Source: a virus. Taken from it: a DNA stretch of 64,000 nucleotides. This document shows positions 40,501 through 47,840 of the stretch, in pieces. The DNA lies in IMG/VR virus record IMGVR_UViG_3300023174_000122, positions 1-64,000 of that record; one strand, written 5' to 3'. Below the pieces are notes generated by a model. It was not told the origin of the DNA. It saw only the letters and a program-made list of their open reading frames with translations, and made no database searches. Position 1 is the stretch's first letter; every line of letters starts with the position of its first letter. Made by a program: the position numbers and the translations under genes.

Positions 40501-42029
40501 CAATGTATACTTCAAGTCAGTTAGACAATGAAGTGGACGACCACGACCCCAGGGACGGTACCCCATTCTCATATAAACTATTCACTAATATTTCTGGTAA
40601 TGCTATTCCATGGATGAACATGTATTACTGGTCAGCCAATGTAACATATCGGATGGTCCTTCCAGACGCTTTTGGTTGTAGTGTAGCTCTAAATGCATTA
40701 GGAGACACAGCTATTATAGGAGCATCTAATACTCTTTTAGGTGACGGAAGTGGCAGGTATTTCCCCCCACCGCACTATGACTCATTTGGTTCACTCAAGG
40801 TAAACGGTGGATCTGTATATGTATATACTGGAGCTGGAACAGGTTGGGCATGGGCTACTCAAATTTTTAAAGACCCAAATGGACCAAATTTTAATTGGAA
40901 CTTACCTAATGAGCCTTATAACAGTATAGACTATGACGCTGGGCTATCGGATTACTATGGCCGTTCAGAAGATTTGTTTATAAGTGATTATTATGGAAGT
41001 AGTGTAGCTATAAATTCATCGGGAAATATTTTGCTTGTAGGGTCTTCTGAAGATCTAGTCTCAGTTGCTAGCAATGAAGGAGCAGTATATTCATATACTG
41101 GAAATAAAAATAAGTGGAAGCAATCTGCAAAAATAAGTGGAAGTCAAAACACTGCAAGATCCACAAACCATTTTTTTGGACATAGATTAGCTCTAAATAG
41201 CGAGGGAAATACTGCTGTCATAAGTTCAGAGGCAGGAAATTTATTTGTTTTTAGCGGTGGCCCAAGTAATTGGACAAAATATCAATATATTCAACCTTTT
41301 GTAACTCCAGAGAATTTTGGTAATGCCTTAGCTATTAATAGTTCAGGAAATGTTTTTGCTGTAGGCGCTCCCAAAAATGATACTTATGGCGAAAATTTTG
41401 GCCTCGCTTATATTTTGGCGGATAACTCTTCACCTCAATTTTCTAATTTTGGTGGCGGTGGCAGTGGTACTCTTTATGTTATTGAGGGAGACTATTTTGG
41501 CGATTATATTCCTTTACCTATCAGTTCGAGTAGTTCTTCTTCGTCTTCTAGTTCTTCGTCTTCTAGTTCTTCGTCTTCTAGTTCTTCGTCTTCTAGTTCT
41601 TCGTCTTCTAGTTCTTCGTCTTCTAGTTCTTCGTCTTCTAGTTCTTCGTCTTCTAGTTCTTCGTCTTCTAGTTTACCTAATTACTTAACTAATCCAAATT
41701 ATGAAACTTGTAAAAATTGCTGCGGAGTAGCTCCTTCTTTAAATATCACTAATTTAAGAAGAAACAATTTAAATAAATTTAATGCAACTTTATCTATAGG
41801 GATAGAAAATAAAAATTGCTCTGATATTGTTGATTCTTATAAAGTATATTCTAATAATGATGTAATTTATGAAAATCTATATTCTGCGACTCCATCAGGG
41901 ACTTACAATAAAGTAATAACAGTTTTCAATATATCTCCTATTAATAACTGGGCAGAAATAAAATTAAAAGTAAATAATATATCAAATATATATCAAATCG
42001 CAACTGGTTTTAACGCAAGTTTTTATTAA
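37518..42029 (+). CDS. adhesin-like tail protein: FG-GAP beta-propeller repeats, RCC1-like repeats, Ser50 linker
   Basis: FGxSVAxNxSGxxxxVGA...GSAYIF repeats; GLDHFTVLKTNGKVTGWG RCC1-like units; 50-Ser tract. Confidence 0.8.
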   Translation: MSKYLTRINSSSGNYGDSFGLTTAINGDGKLIYVYSYENTGVHVYLKNNFTNQWIPSHYIDRTDQSDPIGSLQIKVNNLGNILLFSDEKRFWSYKAPVYDFGYDSAKGVVKTEFINKLAINSNGRKIITSTKKLDNIPKKVILYDEDKTSVANYGFTDYSSLKVKQFVDPTMASLNCYKKIGVGLDHFTVLKTNGKVTGWGYDYMDANSFPTGFTNENDLINVTDLASFAYGNLLIYNSGTYTGLITGFGYSQLYNGDPKRTVFSNIPKNTGFTKIAALNGIALAINQNSGTVFNWGDDTNIDWYSYPAITPDQIPKPLHPITGAVDIALGGKLGLYNRSTVYLILLKNNTCTGWGYKDNGHFNFPYRNGKKIKSISAGMKNSYLLFDDGVIRGSPDINVAEGYNGMIPWECFGSATRIKTSSKVSLIDNDDFNHGFTGQGGITTFYSPSNYYGEDYSSFFKPFGDSSLLYDRPEVLPYEYTPAEINLRNSVDFDLFDRTPEEYDDIGFGLYTNNMFPVTHNLNAVIKENGKIHTWLGTSSTNALSIEFKDLKWDPNGNGYPEEFTRTMMKEELLRIPESIQECTGEGNINSKFGDSIAMNSGNLIFIADPSYNNTGIIYIYSEQLNWEKTGIITGSKNKINESFGENFYITDDGNTVVVGCPETFDKSGSFYIFQKEANSWQEKFNVTGFSGEHYSGLGSKIIINDSKNLILVSSLSGSGSIHLYTGNNQGWSGISMISNPSNPISGSWNLNTFNQWTASKNLETLIIPDPYFNSGVPQTISTTVRIQEVAKISGNDLSFNDNFGISLAMNSSGNIVVVGSYGDDINGISNVGSAYIFNGNGANWVQVAKITGRDGSANDSFGCSVAINSGGNIILVGASGDLSGTGSAYIFTGDGVNWAQAVKITGSNSTTNGNFGCSVALNASGDVALIGAVNDNIIDLRPNYETLNWYGLQEPEDENGNPIPPVNRKQGGSAYIFTGDGANWKEAMKIRQPMYTSSQLDNEVDDHDPRDGTPFSYKLFTNISGNAIPWMNMYYWSANVTYRMVLPDAFGCSVALNALGDTAIIGASNTLLGDGSGRYFPPPHYDSFGSLKVNGGSVYVYTGAGTGWAWATQIFKDPNGPNFNWNLPNEPYNSIDYDAGLSDYYGRSEDLFISDYYGSSVAINSSGNILLVGSSEDLVSVASNEGAVYSYTGNKNKWKQSAKISGSQNTARSTNHFFGHRLALNSEGNTAVISSEAGNLFVFSGGPSNWTKYQYIQPFVTPENFGNALAINSSGNVFAVGAPKNDTYGENFGLAYILADNSSPQFSNFGGGGSGTLYVIEGDYFGDYIPLPISSSSSSSSSSSSSSSSSSSSSSSSSSSSSSSSSSSSSSSSSSSSSSSSSSLPNYLTNPNYETCKNCCGVAPSLNITNLRRNNLNKFNATLSIGIENKNCSDIVDSYKVYSNNDVIYENLYSATPSGTYNKVITVFNISPINNWAEIKLKVNNISNIYQIATGFNASFY
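41538..41672 (+). repeat. 15-bp tandem repeat (TCTTCGTCTTCTAGT)x9 within Ser50 tract 41523-41672
   Basis: Nine exact copies read directly from the sequence. Confidence 0.95.
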
Positions 42030-42035
42030 AATAAA

Positions 42036-42065
42036 ATAGATTTATTATTAATATACATATATAAT
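42036..42065 (+). promoter_or_regulatory. sigma70-like promoter ATAGAT-N18-TATAAT, leaderless
   Basis: TATAAT 5 nt before ATG 42071; no SD. Confidence 0.5.
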
Positions 42066-42070
42066 TTGAT

Positions 42071-42487
42071 ATGGATCAAAAACTATCAGAAAATATTAGT
42101 TTAGTTGTTCTCTACTTAATAGAGAGTGACATTGCTTTCTTAAAGCAATTTAAAAAATTTGTTCCAGTATTCAGCCAAGAAATTGATCAATTTGCCAAGG
42201 ACCAAACATTAGGCAGGGCTGAGCTAGAAGGTTATATCAAAGTTAATAACTCAGAAACTATTAATTTTGTTGATAATTTTATTAAAAATAATCCTCAAGT
42301 TAAAGTCGATATTGATGAAATTGCAAAAAAATACGCTTCTAAAGACTTAAGAGGTAAGATATTTAAAATACCCAAGACCGAAGAAGCGTTTCAAAATCTT
42401 TTTACTTATATCCATTCAAATAATTCTAAATTTAGGCAATTCTCTGTTACCTCTGAAGAAGATTCTTGGGTCATATTTTTCCTTTAA
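42071..42487 (+). CDS. hypothetical non-structural protein (moron-like)
   Basis: Own promoter; composition unlike its neighbours (no SG/TG). Confidence 0.6.
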   Translation: MDQKLSENISLVVLYLIESDIAFLKQFKKFVPVFSQEIDQFAKDQTLGRAELEGYIKVNNSETINFVDNFIKNNPQVKVDIDEIAKKYASKDLRGKIFKIPKTEEAFQNLFTYIHSNNSKFRQFSVTSEEDSWVIFFL

Positions 42488-42502
42488 AATATATCATATT
42501 CT

Positions 42503-42510
42503 AGTGTAAA
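42503..42510 (+). promoter_or_regulatory. putative late promoter motif AGTGTAAA
   Basis: Intergenic; followed by AAGGACAAAGG and ATG 42559. Confidence 0.5.
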
Positions 42511-42558
42511 TTAGTTGGGATTATATAAAAATCCTACACTAAAGGACAAAGGTAAAAT

Positions 42559-42975
42559 ATGAGTAATGATTATTTTGAGTTTAATAATATATCTTGTCAT
42601 GGATTACCATCTTTTATTACTGGGTTAAACTATCAATTGCCAACTGGTAAAAACGAGAAGGTTTTTACTAATTTAAAACCTATCGTAACTGGATTTTACA
42701 AAAATCAAGATCCTACTAGAAACCCTGATATTATACATGTTTCCAATTTACCAAATAATATTTTTTATAATACTGGAACAAACTATCTGCAAGGGTATGT
42801 TCAAGATCATGGAACTTATAATCTAAAAGTCCATATATTAGAGTCTGGAATTTTTTGCGAAAAAATAATAATATTAAATGTCATAAATACTGGGTTTAAT
42901 TATTTATATAAAGTTAATTATCCTATTAACATTGGATTTATAAAATACAACGCATTACAGAGGTTGGGATTATAA
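42559..42975 (+). CDS. small protein with Ig-like (He_PIG-type) segment
   Basis: VSNLPNNIFYNTGTNYLQG...GTYNLKV resembles the LPxGLxxxxxTGxIxG...GxY consensus. Confidence 0.45.
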   Translation: MSNDYFEFNNISCHGLPSFITGLNYQLPTGKNEKVFTNLKPIVTGFYKNQDPTRNPDIIHVSNLPNNIFYNTGTNYLQGYVQDHGTYNLKVHILESGIFCEKIIILNVINTGFNYLYKVNYPINIGFIKYNALQRLGL

Positions 42976-42976
42976 A

Positions 42977-42984
42977 GGTGTAAT
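42977..42984 (+). promoter_or_regulatory. putative late promoter motif GGTGTAAT
   Basis: Intergenic, before ATG 43006. Confidence 0.55.
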
Positions 42985-43005
42985 TTATAAATAGGAACAA
43001 GGAAA

Positions 43006-44046
43006 ATGGTAGATCAAAGCTATAATGTTCGTACTGGATTAAAAACTATATATAATATATATAACGGTTTGGGTCAATCCCAATGTTTTTATATTAATAA
43101 TATAGAAGCGTCTGGTCTTTATTTTGAAAAAGAAAAAAAATATCAATTCATTCAAACTCATATATCAAATAATGGTAATCCTTTAAATATTTATCTTGAT
43201 AAATATGGAAATAAAAAATTAGAAGAATATGTATCAATAAGTGGTGTAGCTGGAATTGATAGGTATGTTACCGTTTCAATACCAAAAACTTTCACAGAAA
43301 CAAATACTCTTTATTATGGAAATGAAAGTGGAGATTTTTTTGGGGCGCCAATTAAACTAATTTCAACTGAGTACTATTTAAAATACAATATAAAACTACT
43401 ATGTTTTGACGCGTATCATGATAATGAAAAATATATTATACCTAATAATATTTTAACAAAAAATAAAAATAGTCAATCCTATACCTCTGGAATTTTACCA
43501 ACTATCAATAAATATAATAATCTTTATGGTGGCCAAGCCCAAAGCGGTTATCTTACTAATATAAGAACAGATGTTATAAATATAAATGTTCTAGGTGCAA
43601 ATAAAATTTTTATGAAAGATAATTTTAATTTTGATTTTTTTGGAAACAATTTAATTTATAAAAAAAATAGTAATAGCATAAATAAAGAGTGGTCTAATTT
43701 ATATGAACTTTATAATTTAATTTCAGATTTATGTTTTACAGATTCTGGGTCATTAAATTCTGGTGAAAATTTTGAAAATTATTATCAATATGGTTATCAG
43801 CTCTCTGGATGTGAAGGTTGCATTGATAAGTTGACTTTGACTACTGGATATAATAATTTTTATTCTGGTGTTATAACTTTATTTTACAATCCAAGAAAAA
43901 TCTATAAAAATTATCGTAGTTATCCGCGCATGAACGTCAATTATGAGTATTTTTCAAATAAAGATTTTGTAACTTCAAGTTACATTATCGATTCAGGGAA
44001 TTTTAATTACATTAAATATACAGGGGCTCAAGCTTATTATGTCTAA
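43006..44046 (+). CDS. hypothetical virion protein
   Basis: 346-aa ORF; YQFIQ...SGVAG...TLYYG beta-sandwich-like N-terminus. Confidence 0.55.
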   Translation: MVDQSYNVRTGLKTIYNIYNGLGQSQCFYINNIEASGLYFEKEKKYQFIQTHISNNGNPLNIYLDKYGNKKLEEYVSISGVAGIDRYVTVSIPKTFTETNTLYYGNESGDFFGAPIKLISTEYYLKYNIKLLCFDAYHDNEKYIIPNNILTKNKNSQSYTSGILPTINKYNNLYGGQAQSGYLTNIRTDVININVLGANKIFMKDNFNFDFFGNNLIYKKNSNSINKEWSNLYELYNLISDLCFTDSGSLNSGENFENYYQYGYQLSGCEGCIDKLTLTTGYNNFYSGVITLFYNPRKIYKNYRSYPRMNVNYEYFSNKDFVTSSYIIDSGNFNYIKYTGAQAYYV

Positions 44047-46648
44047 TAAAATATATCAAAAAAATAGAAATAATTTAAGCTACAGGAACAAAAGGCTTTT
44101 TTCTAAAACCTATAATAGTATAGAAGACTTTAGCTCAAGTGGAAAAAATATAAATAATATATATACAGAGGAATATATGACTCAATCTAATAATAGATAT
44201 AATCATATTCATTCGGGTGAAAAAGTTATAGAGGATATATCTTTTATACCATTACAAAATTATGTTAAACACATATACACGGGCTTATTTTATGGTAAAG
44301 AACCTTACAAATATGCAATTGGAGAATATAATCTTCCAAAAATTACTGGAAACTTAATCACAGGAAGTATAAATTATGTGGATTATCAAGCAAAAAGCTA
44401 TATAACGAATTCAAATGACCCATACTATATTTCTTATATGCCAAAGTCTGGAGAAAAACATGTTTTATTGTTGGACCTTAATTTGTATGGTTTTGAAGAA
44501 GACGCTATTGAAAATTGTGATATAGAATTAAATGCCATGGTTCTAAAAACTGGCTACTTCCATCAACTACCAAAAGACCCAAGTATATTGAATTTTGAAA
44601 TTAATGATATAGACCCTATATACTTAGAAACCAATTCTATAAATGATTATATAAGAAATAAAAGAGTTCTAAAATCTTGTGATGCTAATAGTTCTATAAG
44701 CTATAATGCTAGTTTTAATAGCGATACACCAGGCCTATTTGCTGATTTAAATTCTGTGGTTTCAGAATATAGATATGTAAAAAATATTGTTACAATATCT
44801 CCTCCGTTTGCTAGTAATAATAAAAATATACCTCTTCCATGTTTGTTCAAACATAATTTTGCAAATGATAATTTATCTTATAATATTGGAGAATATAAAT
44901 TTTTAGTTTTTGATAGTTCAAATAATTTTTTACAAAGTGGAAATTATATTACTGGTACTCAAACTGGATTTTTATATTTTTTACCTCCAGGAACCTATAC
45001 AACAATAATATCTGGTAATGAAAAAGATTTCTTATATACAGAAAACAGTTTAAGTGGTAAGAACCAAAACATTGGTTTGGTTTCTATGAAAATTGATTTT
45101 ATTACTGGAGAAAAATTACAAGAAATTTACATAGAAAATCAAGATAAGATTTGGGCTACTTACGCATTAGGCCCAAGAGAATTAGTGTTTGGATCTGGAT
45201 ATAATAGTTTAAATTCACAAGATCCATCAGCTTTTACAATTGATTTTGAAAGATCAATCAGTGGAACAATTGAAAGTCCATTTTTATTTTATAAAGAAGT
45301 TTCTGGATTATACTCTAATACATGTACGCCAACTATTGCTGTTGTGGGCGGAAGTAAAGCTGAATGCAAGACTTCGTTCTGTTTGATATGTCAACAAGCT
45401 TTTGGAAAAACTATGAATGGATCATCTTACATAGACGTACCTAAAAAATCTTTACAAGTAGATTTTATAACTAGTTTGAATTTTTTTACTAGTCCAGATT
45501 CAGACACGTATAGAATTGTTCTTGATTCTGATTTTAATGCTTTATGTTGTTATTGTAAAGAAAAAGGATGTGGAGAAGATGTAGCTGGTCAAGTGCAAAC
45601 AAAATTAAATCTTGCAAATTTAAAAGCAAGCGGTGCTGAACCAAGTGGAAACGCAATATATTCTGGAGTATTTTTCTTAGATGATATTAATCCACTAGCA
45701 GCTAAATTAAAATATAATATAAATTACTATTCTGGACAAATAGCAATGAATAGTTTTTATGAAGGAGATAAGATAACGTTCAAGCAGTATCCATTTGATT
45801 ATGAAAAAGTATTTTTATCTTTATATGGCACAAGGCCAACTATAAAAGAATATACTACTGAGTTTATATACTCTTCTAGTGCTATTGGAGATAATTATTT
45901 TAACAATAAAAATGATCTAATTAATAAAATTAATCTTAAATTAGCATCTTCTGGATTATATGTTTGGAAACCATTAAAATATGCAAAAGATCCTCAATAT
46001 GAATATGCTCCACTTTTGACTGGAATTAATGGTGGAGTCAATGCTAGCGGAGATGATTTAATAAATATTATTTCATTAAGGAGTGGAAGATTTGGTAGTC
46101 ATGATATAAAATTAAATCTACAACCTAGACTACAAATTTATAATTATCTCGTTCCTAAAATTATAAGGCTTGAAGTTTCAGACAACTATATTGATTGGAC
46201 TGGGGTTGCTATTTCTGAAAATAGACAACCAATTAATACTTATATTCAAAATCCAAATGCAAATATAGTAAATATTCCATACGATTCAATTGAAAACACA
46301 AAATATAAGATTACAAGAGAGATACCAACATCATCAGAAATAGAATTTAAAGTAGAAGAAGAGGAAGATTTAGAGACTTTATTAGAGAAATTAGCAAGTG
46401 GAAATACTAGTGGAAGTGGTACTTTAACTTGCGTAAAAGATCCTAGTGGAAGTGGAAAATTTTGTGGCACTGGTTTTGTAGATTATTATATTAATAAAAC
46501 ATTTACTTGTGAGTTACCAAAGGAATCTGGTGAAACTGGCAATGATTCATCCTCATCCTCCTCATCTTCTTCTAAAAGCAGTGATTCACAGATTTTAACT
46601 CAAGAGATTGATAGATTTAGAATAGGATATTATGATTATTTATCTTAA
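44039..46648 (+). CDS. large virion protein with Cys clusters and Ser9 tract
   Basis: 869-aa ORF; PKIIRLEVSDNYIDW discoidin-like segment near the C-terminus. Confidence 0.55.
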   Translation: MSNKIYQKNRNNLSYRNKRLFSKTYNSIEDFSSSGKNINNIYTEEYMTQSNNRYNHIHSGEKVIEDISFIPLQNYVKHIYTGLFYGKEPYKYAIGEYNLPKITGNLITGSINYVDYQAKSYITNSNDPYYISYMPKSGEKHVLLLDLNLYGFEEDAIENCDIELNAMVLKTGYFHQLPKDPSILNFEINDIDPIYLETNSINDYIRNKRVLKSCDANSSISYNASFNSDTPGLFADLNSVVSEYRYVKNIVTISPPFASNNKNIPLPCLFKHNFANDNLSYNIGEYKFLVFDSSNNFLQSGNYITGTQTGFLYFLPPGTYTTIISGNEKDFLYTENSLSGKNQNIGLVSMKIDFITGEKLQEIYIENQDKIWATYALGPRELVFGSGYNSLNSQDPSAFTIDFERSISGTIESPFLFYKEVSGLYSNTCTPTIAVVGGSKAECKTSFCLICQQAFGKTMNGSSYIDVPKKSLQVDFITSLNFFTSPDSDTYRIVLDSDFNALCCYCKEKGCGEDVAGQVQTKLNLANLKASGAEPSGNAIYSGVFFLDDINPLAAKLKYNINYYSGQIAMNSFYEGDKITFKQYPFDYEKVFLSLYGTRPTIKEYTTEFIYSSSAIGDNYFNNKNDLINKINLKLASSGLYVWKPLKYAKDPQYEYAPLLTGINGGVNASGDDLINIISLRSGRFGSHDIKLNLQPRLQIYNYLVPKIIRLEVSDNYIDWTGVAISENRQPINTYIQNPNANIVNIPYDSIENTKYKITREIPTSSEIEFKVEEEEDLETLLEKLASGNTSGSGTLTCVKDPSGSGKFCGTGFVDYYINKTFTCELPKESGETGNDSSSSSSSSSKSSDSQILTQEIDRFRIGYYDYLS

Positions 46649-46674
46649 ACATAATAGCATAATTACCATATAAT
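46645..46674 (+). promoter_or_regulatory. sigma70-like promoter TTAAAC-N18-TATAAT, leaderless
   Basis: TATAAT 5 nt before ATG 46680. Confidence 0.45.
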
Positions 46675-46679
46675 ATACT

Positions 46680-47840
46680 ATGAAAAGTTTAGATGATATT
46701 TTAATAGTGCCTAAATCTAGGACCTTTTCTGCAAATAAGAATACATGGTTTAAATATAAGATTGAAGGAATTCAAGGGTATTATTCTAATTTTACAACTC
46801 AAATGAGCCATAACACACTTGTTATTACCCCAGATTTATATATTGTCGGACATATAAAAACTAACATTGGGTGGAACTATCAGTATGTGTACTTTTACGA
46901 TAAAGAAAACAGAATTTCACAAATGATTATTGGAGTTTATATTTTAGATATGAGCTGTGATTCTGAAGAAGCTAGATGCGAAGATTTTAATTTTTCATCA
47001 AATCCTTTACCAAATGAAAATGGAAAATGCCCTCCGCATATTATTTATATTCAAAATCTTACTTGTTACGGTTGCAAAAAAAATGATGGTAGTCCACCAA
47101 GTTTAGATCCAAACGAAGAAACTTGCGAAGAATATGATTTTTTTAGTAAACCACCAGTATGCGTTGACGGTACTAAATCTACAAAGATAAAAGTTAATTC
47201 TTTAGATTGTTATACCTGCGACCCCTATTCTAGTTCATCATCCTCTTCAGGTCCAGGTCCTAGCCCAGCTCCTAGCCCAAGTCCTAGCCCAAGTCCTAGC
47301 CCAGCTCCTAGCCCAAGTCCTAGCCCAAGTCCTAGCCCAAGTCCTAGCCCAAGTCCATTTCCAATATATCCTCAACCTCAACCTCATCCAGCAGGAAAAA
47401 AAGGAGAACCTCCTTGTTGCAGCTGCGCGAAGATGGGATGCCCAGGCGCTTTACTAACTAGCACCCCAGGTAGATGTAGTTGGCTGTTGAACGAAGAAGT
47501 GTGCTGCAGTGCAGGACCTCAACATTGTATAGATGAATTTTCTGGCTGGGATACCTGCGGCAAGTACTGCATTAAATGCGCTGAAGCATGTGCAAGCTGC
47601 TGCAGACCAAACAATGACAATCTTACTTTCTGCTCGAATGGGTGGCATTATAAAGAGAGAAAATGCGATTGCGGCTGCGACAACGCTTGTTCAGTTAATG
47701 AAAAAAAATGCAAGCCTCCTAAACATGCAATGATTCAATCATTTAACGAAGACAGTTTAATGTTTAGTTTACGTACTCAAGATTTAAAAGACGCTTTTAA
47801 ATTGCCACCAATTACAATAGATTTTTTTAGTAATGAGTAA
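46680..47840 (+). CDS. Cys-rich protein with Ser/Pro-Ser linker
   Basis: About 29 Cys; S7-GPG-(PSPS/PSPA)8 linker. Confidence 0.7.
   Translation: MKSLDDILIVPKSRTFSANKNTWFKYKIEGIQGYYSNFTTQMSHNTLVITPDLYIVGHIKTNIGWNYQYVYFYDKENRISQMIIGVYILDMSCDSEEARCEDFNFSSNPLPNENGKCPPHIIYIQNLTCYGCKKNDGSPPSLDPNEETCEEYDFFSKPPVCVDGTKSTKIKVNSLDCYTCDPYSSSSSSSGPGPSPAPSPSPSPSPSPAPSPSPSPSPSPSPSPSPFPIYPQPQPHPAGKKGEPPCCSCAKMGCPGALLTSTPGRCSWLLNEEVCCSAGPQHCIDEFSGWDTCGKYCIKCAEACASCCRPNNDNLTFCSNGWHYKERKCDCGCDNACSVNEKKCKPPKHAMIQSFNEDSLMFSLRTQDLKDAFKLPPITIDFFSNE
47259..47354 (+). repeat. 12-bp tandem repeat CCTAGCCCA(AGT/GCT) x8 encoding PSPS/PSPA
   Basis: Eight copies read directly. Confidence 0.95.

Noticed and set aside
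41377-41688. ORF with (LLVLR)n repeats
   Set aside because: Alternate-frame reading of the 15-bp poly-Ser array inside 37518..42029.
37518-42029. Diversity-generating retroelement
   Set aside because: No reverse transcriptase or template/variable repeat pair seen in the window; kept only as a hypothesis for the GC-rich loops.
41538-47354. Tandem repeats as a possible CRISPR array, given a Cas4-like gene in the window
   Set aside because: Units are contiguous 12-15 bp, in-frame and have no spacers. The nuclease is a typical stand-alone phage PD-(D/E)XK gene.
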